Source: Macrostomum lignano (lineage: Eukaryota). Taken from it: a stretch of DNA of 64,000 bases. The stretch's first letter is position 1. Each line of letters opens with the position of its first letter. Positions 24,658 to 35,500 of this stretch are shown piece after piece. A program made the translations under genes and the position numbers. The DNA lies in NCBI GenBank assembly GCA_002269645.1, contig NIVC01003030.1:60468-124467 (forward strand), given 5' to 3'. The notes beneath the pieces were generated by a model. The model had not been told where the DNA came from. It worked only from the letters and a program-made list of their open reading frames with translations, and did not search any database.

Positions 24658-26234
24658 AGCTCATTCTATATAAGATGGAGGGCAATTCCATATAATTATG
24701 GTCGTAACATGACAGGCTATTTTTACTTATAAAATGAAATCTAATAATAGAATACACTAAACCAATATTTTAAATGAAAGATTTTTTTGTCAAGAATATT
24801 TTTATAGAGTTTCATGTAGATATCATCATTAATATAGATGCTATTAAACCTTGAATGGCACTTCTGGTCGTAACGACAGGATTTTTGACAGATAGAAACT
24901 AAAAGGTAAAAGTCTTATAACATTTTTCATTTTTGATATTTTGCAATAATTTTTTTAAAATTCGACTAAGAACATCTTTAGAAATCATACTCTTTTTGTA
25001 GAATATATAAACTCAAAAAGGCAACAAAGATACAAAAGAAAAGGCAGCCTTATGGTCGTAACATTCTGGTCGTAACATATTTTGTTCTGTCAATTCAGTA
25101 ACTTAGAGGTACCAATATATTAAAAATATAATTGATTATTTGTTCATCAATACTTTTATCTGATGATGCAAGTACTATACTTTTATCTATAGTTTGTTTC
25201 AACCTTCCAAAGCTTTCTATTTGTTTTTAAAAGGTTCACAAACTTAATGATGTCTTTTGCTTAAAAAACTGTCCAAATTTTTACAAAAATTACTTTTTGC
25301 CACTTGATAACATACTAATCTAACATTTTATCATTCATTTATTCTTAGATTGTAGATGTTACACATAAAAAACATTTGGTAAAAAAATTGGCTAATCAGG
25401 CAGTGGCAAGCAAAAATATTGACTTTTTTCTATTTTCCAAATATGTCCATCTTATATGGAATGAGCCTGGACATATTTGGAAAATAGAAAAAAAGTCAAT
25501 ATTTTTGCTTGCCATTGCCTTATTAGCCATTTTTAGCCAAATGTTTTATGTTTAATATATACAATCTAAGAATAAATGAATGGTAAAATGTTGGATTAGT
25601 ATGTTATCAATTGGCAAAAAGCCATATTTGAAAAAAATTGGACATTTTTCTAAGCAAAAGACATCATTAAATTTGTGTACCTCTTGAAAACAAATGAAAA
25701 GCTTTGGAAGGTTAAAACAAAATATAGATAAAATTATAGAACTTGCATAATCAGATAAAAACATTAGCGACTATATAATCCTATTACATTTTTAATATAT
25801 TGGGAAGTCAAAGTTACTAAATTGACAGAAAAAAATATGTTATGACTATAATGTTACGACCATAAGGCTGCCTTTTCTTTTGTATCTTTGTTGCCTTTAT
25901 GAGTTTACATATTCTAATAAAAGAGTATGATTTCTTAAGATGTTCTTAGTCAAATTTAAAAAATGTATTGCAAAATATCAAAAATGAAAAATGTTATAAG
26001 ACTTTTATCTTTTTAGTTTCTATATGTCAAAAATCCTGTTGTTACAACCATAAGTGCTATTCAAGGTTTAATAGCATCTATACTATTGATGATATCTATA
26101 TGAAACTATATAAACATATTCTTGACAAAATAATCTTTCATTGAAAAATTGGTTTAGTATATTCTATGATTAGATTTTATTTTATAAGTAAAAATAGCCT
26201 GTCATGTTATAACCATAATTATATGGAATGGCCC
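24658..26234. mobile_element. Fold-back element with ~770-bp inverted arms and a candidate 4-bp TSD (possibly Sola-like)
   Basis: Arm 24680-25449 is the reverse complement of 25468-26234, with an 18-nt spacer; termini resemble GG.CATTCCATATAA; AAAG flanks both ends. Confidence 0.85.
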
Positions 26235-26306
26235 AAAGTAAAAATGTTATTAAATGCCACTGAAAAATTGTGATATTATAGATTGCTTATTTGCCATCCT
26301 GTCTAC

Positions 26307-26636
26307 CTGGGTGTTTTATGTCAAAATCATTATGCCATTTGGTATAATGGCATCAAAATCATTATGTCATTTTCAATTATGATATACCATTGGCATAAAA
26401 TAAAAAAAACACTTTGTGAGCCCATATTAGTGTTTCCCTTCAGATTTAGGTGGGATAAAGTAATAATAGCTTGCCAGTTTGGTAAATTTAAAAGCAATTT
26501 AGAATTGGAAATTTAGCATTGGCAATTTAGCAATGGCATAATGGCAAAAAATTGTTATGCCATTTTGGCATAACAGCATCAAAATAATTATGCCATTTTT
26601 AATTTTGACATGGCATGCCTATGACAAAAAACCTAG
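26307..26636. mobile_element. Non-autonomous hAT-like element with 8-bp TSD
   Basis: Direct repeat CTGTCTAC at 26299-26306 and 26637-26644; termini CTGGGTGTTTTATGTCA and (reverse complement) CTAGGTTTTTTGTCA; internal ATTATGCCATTT/AATGGCAT repeats. Confidence 0.65.
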
Positions 26637-28631
26637 CTGTCTACCCACCTGAATGTTGGTTTATTTGTTTGCTTATCTATATATAATGCCACTATAATAG
26701 TGGCATAGTCAAATCTATCTACCTGCTACATAAATTTTTTTAGGCAAAATTGCTGTGGCATTCAAATCATAGTTTGCAAGTAGCTTAAAACTTATAGATC
26801 AAGCTATTATCATCAATTTGAGTCTTGCTAAAAAATGCATACTTTGTTGCTATAGATATGATGAATTTTATAGCATTTAAAAACTTTTCAAAACAAATTT
26901 TTTACTTTATTTGTTTTTCCAGGGTTCTTGAATGCCTCTAGCCTAAAACCCTAGGGTTAAAACCAAAATCTTTTGGGGTCCCCAAGGAGGGCACTCTGGG
27001 ATTGATATTTTTAGCGTGTACTCAACATGATCTAGAGTATAGGCTATAAGTAGTAAGCATAACTCCAATAGCAAAAGCTGCATTTTTGACCTATGATCTA
27101 TGTTGTAGCAATTCTTTTTCTAAATATATATTAAGTTCTGCTATACAACAAGTTATGTAGGCTATGTAATGGAATTAGCTCTCCTTTGGTATTAGCTTTT
27201 AGAAATATGGCTGGCTAGTTTCTAAAGACATAAATAACTTTCATTGTATATTGTCCTATGCATGATTTAGCATGTTTTCTGTATATAAATATGAATCTTT
27301 TCCATGAGATACACTATAATTTAATGTAATTTTGCATTTTGGCAAACTTTTAACATATTTCAAAAGCTTTTATGTATAAAATCATGATTTTAATATTTAG
27401 ATCTATATAATAGAAAATAATGTCATTATTTTCCCAGATTGCAAATGTATGCATGCATAGCATTGATTGCAATAGAATAGTTTCAGAGTTATAAACAATA
27501 TGGCAAAGAGATAAGAGAAAAAGAAGAAAAGAGTGACAAATGATCAATATACAAATTAAATAATCTCCTCATACAGTCTCTAAGCTTCTTAAGATCTATT
27601 GGCCACCTTAGCTGAAATAGACAATAATAATTAAAAAACAATATATGAAGATAATTTTTGACACCTTTAAGCTCATATATTCCACTTTTTAATTGTACCA
27701 AACTTGTTGATTTTCAAGCATGCAGTAAAGCTATATGAGCAAAGGTATCACACCTTTCAGACACCCCTTGTAAACCTAGATGAGCCATTGTGACATATTT
27801 TCTTGGTGAAACAGTTTCTCTACTTTTAGTTCAGGTATCAGTAGTGATTAAGAATGCATAAGCTATTTTATAAAAAAGTTGTTGCAGTGACTTGCAGATG
27901 TAAATGGCTTCTTGCTATTGGGATACATTATGCCTAGCCTAACACCACTGAAATGTACATGGCAGGCAGCTTTAGGCTGGAACACTAGGCGTGGAAGGCA
28001 ATAAAATTATTGGGGACTGGGGCAGGGAATAGGGGTTTGGTGTGGAAAGATATGATGGAGGGGTTCAGCTGGGGGCAACTTAGAATACATTGAAATGCTT
28101 CTGTTTAACTTACTACTGAACTGGTAGTAGCTTGCACACAAATGTGCTGAGTGGCCCAACCACTTATAGTATTGTGGTAATGCTAAAACATGAGATTAAT
28201 ATATACAAAACAAAAATTATCAGATCATATTAGCAGTCCAACATCTTATTCTTTCCTCTATGCTTTACACTTGATACTCTCTGGTTGCCCAAAATTAGTC
28301 ATGGACTCTTCATGGACACATGCACACCTAGGTGAGTTGTAAAATGTATTTTAAACCCCAAAAGGATCATTTCATAAGCTGATTTTATCCTTTCTTGTAG
28401 TTATGTTTTTTGCTACTTTTTGATAATTGATAAATTTTTGCCACTTATAGCACAAAAATAAGAATTGTGCTTTATGCCTCTGCATGAAATAGAGGCATAA
28501 GTGCTTCTTATATTTTAATACGGAAATTGATAAACCTTTACCAAAATAATTGCTGACTTTATGCTATATTATCCAACTATTTTTGGTGATATTAAATTAA
28601 AAAGATAATATCATTATTCAAAGAAAAGATA

Positions 28632-31600
28632 ATGAGTGCAACCGAAGTTGAGCAACAGCAGCAGCAGGAGCAGCCAGCTGATGAATCAACAGCTGCCGAG
28701 CAGTTCTCAAAGCCTGCGATCTCGCCAATCAGGATGCAATCGGCCGATGTCAACAATGAGAATGTGGCGGCGGAGACGGTGGCGGCGGCCTCGGAGCAGC
28801 AGCAGCAGCCGGTATTCGTCGGGGACTCAGCAGCGGCAGCGGGCTCGCCGCCGCCGGAGCAACCGGAGCAACTCGATCATCTGTTTCGCGACGCTCGCTA
28901 CTTTATGATTAAAAGCTCCAATTATGAGAACGTGTCTCTGGCCAAAGCTAAAGGCGTCTGGGCCACGCCGCCGCCAAATGAGCACAGATTGAATGGCGCT
29001 TATCACGAGTCGCGCTCCGTCTATCTGATATTCTCAGTGAAGGAGAGCGGCCGATTCCAGGTAGTTATTTAATTAACGCACATCGGCACCGCGCCCTGCT
29101 GGAACTGTTATTGATAAATTGATTGCTGAATTGAACTTTTATCTCGGGGGACTGTGCATTTTGGAGACTCTATTTAGGTGACAGGTGTGTGTGCTATGAC
29201 CTACCTAGTCTTAAATTGGCACACAAATTTATTTATTTATAAAGTTTTATTGGCAAGCATTTCACCTGTGTTTTCTTGTCTACACTAAACTTGATCTGAT
29301 TTTTTAATTTTATACCAAACATAGAGATTGCTTAAAGAGACTCATTAGATTGACTATGCTGATATATATTTTTATATTTGAGTCTTTCTGCACTGATTTA
29401 ATTATTATAACTAATTATACATCCTGTTGTGCGACTTGAACTGTTTCTCCCGCAAAGTGTTTCTCTGTGGGGCAGATCAATAGGGTTGGTTTATGCATAT
29501 GTAGTCTATTAGTGTCCTCTTCAGGTGAATCAAAAGAGATATAGTCCCTTATCCCATATTATCCAAATCCCCAATCCCACCCACTCCCCAATGTCCCTTA
29601 TCCCATATTATCCAAATCCCCAATCCCACCCACTCCCCAATGTCCCTTATCCCATATTATCCAAATCCCCAATCCCACCCACTCCCCAGTGTCCCTTATC
29701 CCATATTATCCAGATCCCCAATCCCATCCATTCCCCAGTGTCCCCTATCCCATGTTATCCAGATCCCCAATCCCATCCATTCCCCAGTGTCCCTTATCCC
29801 ATATTATCCAGATCCCCAATCCCATCCATTCCCCAGTGTCCCTTATCCCATGTTATCCAGATCCCCAATCCCATCCCAATTCCCCAGTGTCCCTTATCCC
29901 ATGTTATCCAGATCCCCAATCCCATTCCCCAGTGTCCCTTATCCCATATTACCTATATCCCTAATCCCATTCCCCAGTGTCCCTTATCCCATATTACCTA
30001 TATCCCTAATCCCATTCTCCAGTGTCCCTTATCCCATATTACCTATATCCCGAATCCCATTCCCCAGTGTCCCTTATCCCATATTACCTATATCCCGAAT
30101 CCCATTCCCCTGTGTCCTTTATCCCATATTACCTATATTCCTATTCCCTAATCCCGTTCCCCAGTGTCCCATATCACATATTACCTATATTCCTATTCCC
30201 TAATCCCGTTCCCCAGTGTCCCATATCACATATTACCTATATTCCTATTCCCTAATCCCATTCCCCAGTGTCCCTTATCCCATATTATCCATATCCCTAA
30301 TCCCATCCCCCAGTTTCCCTTATCCCACTAAACTTAACATTCTGACTTCGGCATATTATCCATTTGATTTACTCTCAACAAAAAGCAGAAAAGATTATTC
30401 AACGCTCTAAACATTGAATGTGTATTTATTAGGGCTTAACTTACTACTTTGATTAGTAGCTTACGAGTGATACTATTCACAGGTAAGTATGAGCTAATGG
30501 GTTGTCAATAAAGAATGAAGTTGTCAAGTGATTTCCAAGCAAAAGGTAAGATGCTTCTTTGCAAGAAACGACAGCACTGATAGAAGAAAACTGATATTTT
30601 AAAGCAGACTTTAATTCGCAAACCCCCCTCCCTAAATCCTTGACACGCAATTCGAACCCAGGGCTACGCCAGGCTGGCCGGCCCATCGGAGAAATCCAGC
30701 AACCGGGTGAACTGGGTCCTGCCGCCCGGCCTCAGCCATCGCGCTCTCAGCGGCACCTTTCGCATCGACTGGCTCAGCCGTAGGGAGCTGCGCTTCAATA
30801 AAACTGGCCACCTATTGAACGCTTGGAACGAATTTAAACCGGTGAAAATCGGTCGCGATGGCCAGGAGATTGAGCCGGGCGTTGGCCAAGCCCTGTGCCG
30901 CCTGTTCCATCTCGATCCCGATTGCGATCTGGATCGCCTGGTTGACCGCACCAAGTCCAGGCGCAGGGTCAACTTGCCTCATCATCACCAGCATCACCAG
31001 CAGCAGCAGCAGCATCATCAGCATTACCCGCCCCCGATGATGGCGCCGCACGGGCAGCCGCTGATGCCGCCCAATCAGCAGCAGCTGCCGTATCTTCAAC
31101 AGCCGGCTTCGCTGCCTCCGCCGCCGCTGCCACCCTCGCAGTCGATGGACCGGCCGCCGAGAGCGTCGTCGCCGCCCTCTACAGATCGTCGCCGATCGCC
31201 GCCTGGTGAGCGTCGCCGACATCAGCAGCGTCATCGAAGCCATCGCGACTCTGGTTCGTCTTCGTCTAGGCGACGTCGCCGATCTAGCGAAGGCGGCGGT
31301 CGTCGGTCAAGAAGCCGGTCTCGACGATCAAGGAGCCGGCCTCGCCGATCGCGAAGTCCGCCGAAAGGCGGCAACGGCGACATTCAAGGCGTCGGCAAAG
31401 AGACGTTCATCAATGGCAGCTATCAGGACTACCTGAGACAGTTCGGCTCAGCCGTGTCCAACCCGGCTGATCAGGCATCTCAGCAGCAGCCGCCATCGCA
31501 GCAGCAGATGCAATATGCGGCTTATGGCTACCAGCAGTACCCAGCCGCTGCCAATCCCTATGCCGCGATGATGTACGGCCAGGCTCAGTACATGATGCCC

Positions 31601-31900
31601 GGCCAGCAGCAGCCTATGTACGCCTACCAGCAGCAGCAGCAGTTCCAGGTGCAGCAGCAGGTGCAGCAGCCTCAACTCTCTGCCGAGGATTACGAGAAGC
31701 GCGTCAACGAGTTTCTCCAGCGCACTACCGGGGCCGCTCCAGGTGCCGCCGCGGCTTCCGCAGCCACCGCCACCGCGGCTGCTTTATCTAGTAGCGGCGG
31801 CGACAGTCCGAGCTCATCGGACGATGACGGCGGCCGCTCTTCGTCAAGCCGCAGTCGACGTCGTCGACGACGACGTTCTCGATCGTCGTCTCGACGCTGA
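28632..31900 (+). CDS. YTHDC1: YTH domain-containing protein 1 (nuclear m6A reader)
   Basis: Exons 28632-29060 and 30662-31900 (phase 0, CAG|GT...AG|GGC). YTH motifs [68 protein letters not shown]; both cage tryptophans present; Q/P-rich and RS-rich C-terminus. Confidence 0.95.
29540..30330. repeat. ~50-mer array (CCCCAGTGTCCCTTATCCCATATT...), YTHDC1 intron
   Basis: Direct reading. Confidence 0.93.
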
Positions 31901-32129
31901 GACGCTCCGGTTCTCTTCTTTACTATTGGACACCTGTTTTTGTTGAAGCATTGGTTTATTTTTAAACTAATTTTACTGTAGTATGAAATTAAGCTGCCTA
32001 GCATCAGTACGCTCGTAAAGCTTGTAATGTTGACCTAATTGTATGTGTTGCTTGTTTCATTAATGTATAAATGCCTCGGGACTCGAAAAGCGTTACTTTG
32101 ACTAGTATATTAATAGAAATTGGTAATAT

Positions 32130-32189
32130 AGTAGTAGTAGTAGTAGTAATAGTAGTAGTAGTAGTAGTAGTAGTAGCAGTAGTTGTAGC

Positions 32190-32226
<37 letters not shown>

Positions 32227-32530
32227 ATAGTAGTAGTATTTGTAATAGTAGTAGTATTAGTAGTAGCAGTAGTAGTAGTAGTAGCAGTAGTAGTAGTAGT
32301 AGCAGTAGTAGTAGCAGTAGTAGTAGTAGTAGTAATAGTAGTAGTAGTAATAGTAGTAGTATTTGTAATAGTAGTAGTATTAGTAGTAGTAGTATTAATA
32401 ATAGTAGTAATAGTAGTAATATTAGTAGTAATAGTAGTATAGTAGTAGTAATAATACAGTAGTAAAGATAGTAGTGTATATTATAGTAGTAGTAACATTA
32501 GTAGTATGGTAGTAGTAATAGTATAATAGT
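32130..32530. repeat. (GTA)n microsatellite between YTHDC1 and EDC4
   Basis: Direct reading. Confidence 0.97.
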
Positions 32531-32578
32531 AAAGTAAAGTACAGTAAAAAACTCCTTTTACAACTTTAGCTACGCAGA

Positions 32579-35500
32579 ATGGAAGCAGCGTAAGACAGCT
32601 TTGGCCCTACGAGCGTTTTTCCTCATTAATGCAGAATAACGCGGAGCCTCCGACACTCCATTTAGACGTTTAGACGTAACAAAAAATGGTGGCTTACTGT
32701 TTAAGTTATTTCTACTGTCAGCATGATTTTAAATTCATTTCTGCTTTTTGAAGGTAATATGTTCTCTCAATTAAAGGCGATGAAAATACTTAGAAAGGCC
32801 ATTAATTAGTAGCAATAAGCCATGCCATGTTTTGTATTTGTCTAATGCCTAACATAACTGCTTTTACTCTCTGAACTCTTGTTGTGTGTGTGTGTATATG
32901 TCTTTATTTATGTTTTATGGTCGTGTTACTAACACTAATAAATTGATATCTGTAATGTTCTTGAAAGTCTTTGATTATTTTCTTTTTATTTCTATGTATA
33001 CTGCTCTCAGGTAGATTTATTAGAGAAATCAGAATCATTAGGCTGATTCTCTATGATTTAGGGCTGATTCTGTGTGGTTTAGGGCTGATTCTCTATGGTT
33101 TAGGGCTGATTCTCTATGGTTTAGGGCTGATTCTCTATGGTTTAGGGCTGATTCTCTATGGTTTAGGGCTGATTCTCTATGGTTTAGGGCTGATTCTCTA
33201 TGGTTTAGGGCTGATTCTCTATGGTTTAGGGCTGATTCTCTATGGTTTAGGGCTGATTCTCTATGGTTTAGGGCTGATTCTCTATGGTTTAGGGCTGATT
33301 CTCTATGGTTTAGGGCTGATTCTCTATGGTTTAGGGCTGATTCTCAGTGTGGTTTAGGGTTGATTCTCTATGGTTTAGGGCTGATTCTCTATGGTTTAGG
33401 GCTGATTCTCTATGGTTTAGGGCTGATTCTCTATGGTTTAGGGCTGATTCTCTATGGTTTAGGGTTGATTCTCAGTGTGGTATAGGGCTGATTTTCAGTG
33501 TGGTTTAGGGTTGATTTTCAGTGTGGTTTAGGGTTGATTTTCAGTGTGGTTTAGGGTTGATTTTCAGTGTGGTTTAGGGTTGATTTTCAGTGTGGTTTAG
33601 GGTTGATTTTCAGTGTGGTTTAGGGCTGATTTTCAGTGTGGTTTAGGGTTGATTTTTACAGTAGTTTAAGTTTTCTAACAGTCCAATTCCGAGAAGATAG
33701 AAATAGAATTTTTTAGTTTTTAGAACATTTTATTACATTTGATTTTAGTCTGATTTTGATATTAAATTAAAGCACTAGTAAAGCAATACACAGCTCGTAC
33801 TTATGAAGACTAATTTTATAAAAACAAACTTCTTGTGCATTGCTGATCAACACGTTTTGATAAATCAACAAGCTATATTTTTCTTCAGTTGTATTGTCAA
33901 TGGCATCCCTGCAAGAAATGTAAGTTAAAATTGAAATTGTACTTGTTATTTCACTCTTGTTGCATTGCTTTTCTGTTAATAACTTTTCGGTCAGTGACTG
34001 TTTGGGTCAGTGACCGTTTGGGTCAGTGACTGTTTGGGTCAGTGACTGTTTGGGTCAGTGACTGTTTGGGTCAGTGACTGTTTTGGTCAGTGACTGTTTG
34101 GGTCATTGACTGTTTGGGTCATTGACTGTTTGGGTCATTGACTGTTTGGGTCAGTGACTGTTTGGTTCATTGACTGTTTGGGTCAGTGACTGTTTGGGTC
34201 ATTGACTGTTTGGGTCAGTGACTGTTTGGGTCAGTGACTGTTTGGGTCAGTGACTGTTTGGGTCAGTGACTGTTTGGGTCATTGACTGTTTGGGTCAGTG
34301 ACTGTTTGGTTCATTGATTGTTTGGGTCATTGACTGTTTGGGTCATTGACTGTTTATGTCAGTGACTGTTTGGGTCATTGACTGTTTGGGTCAGTGACTG
34401 TTTGGGTCAGTGACTGTTTGGGTCAGTGACTGTTTTGGTCAGTGACTGTTTGTGTCAGTGACTGTTTGGGTCATTGACTGTTTGGGTCAGTGACTGTTTG
34501 GGTCATTGACTGTTTGGGTCAGTGACTGTTTGGGTCAGTGACTGTTTGGGTCATTGACTGTTTGGGTCAGTGACTGTTTGGTTCAGTGACTGTTTGGGTC
34601 AGTGACCGTTTGGGTCAGTGACTGTTTGTGTCAGTGACTGTTTGGGTCAGTGACTGGATCATTGACTGTTTGAGTCAGTGACAATTTATGAATTACCAGT
34701 TTAAGGTCATAAACCGTTTCCAAGTCATAGTGAATCAGAATAACAGTCCCGACCGTCCCTCCCGCCAGAGCGTGCACCGGCCAGTCGGACTCCAGCTCGT
34801 TCAGCCTGCGCCCCGGCCGGGTGCACGTCACGGCTAGTCAGGCCTCGAATTCTGGCGCCGAGCAGCGCCAGGCGGACGCCAGAATTCGAGTTGTGCCAAC
34901 GATAAAATTCGCTTGGACTCAGCAGTTCTATAATGGCCATTTGGTGGCTTCGCATCACTGCCTGCCGCTGGTTGCCTACACGCTTAAAGCGGTTCGATCC
35001 TCGCACGACGAAGGCGTTGTACGCGTGTTTAATAGCAAGACTGCGGCTAAGGCTCTAATTAAGGTGTAGTACATTGGGTTGACTTGAAACTGCTTGAATA
35101 AGGCCCTTGCCTTAAATTATCTGCACCGTCATTGAGTCACTTGCACAACCACTTAGTCACTTGCACCGACACTGAGTCACTTGCACAGTCATTTGAGTCA
35201 CTTGCACCGACACTGAGTCACTTGCACAGTCACTGAGTCACTTGCACAATCATTTGAGTCACTTGCACAGTCACTGAGTCACTTGCACAATCATTTGAGT
35301 CACTTGCACAGTCACTGAGTCATTGCACAGTCACTGAGTCACTTGCACAGTCACTGAGTCACTTGCACAGTCACTGAGTCACTTGCACAGTCACTGAGTC
35401 ACTTGCACAGTCACTGAGTCACTCGCACAGTCATTTGAGTCACTTACACAGTCACTGAGTCACTTGCACAGTCATTTGAGTCACTTGCACAGTCACTGAG

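Larger units (their letters stand above)
17401..28620. other. AT-rich, CpG-depleted, transposon-remnant block between divergently oriented MDN1 and YTHDC1
   Basis: Only about 8 CG dinucleotides counted by eye in 17401-20500; abundant TA, CTAG and TAGGCCTA. Other AT-rich spacers (48.8-49.6 kb, 53.1-54.4 kb) keep CG. Confidence 0.9.

Noticed and set aside
32071-33485. Poly-Val and GLILY ORFs resembling membrane proteins
   Set aside because: They derive from the (GTA)n and 21-mer arrays.
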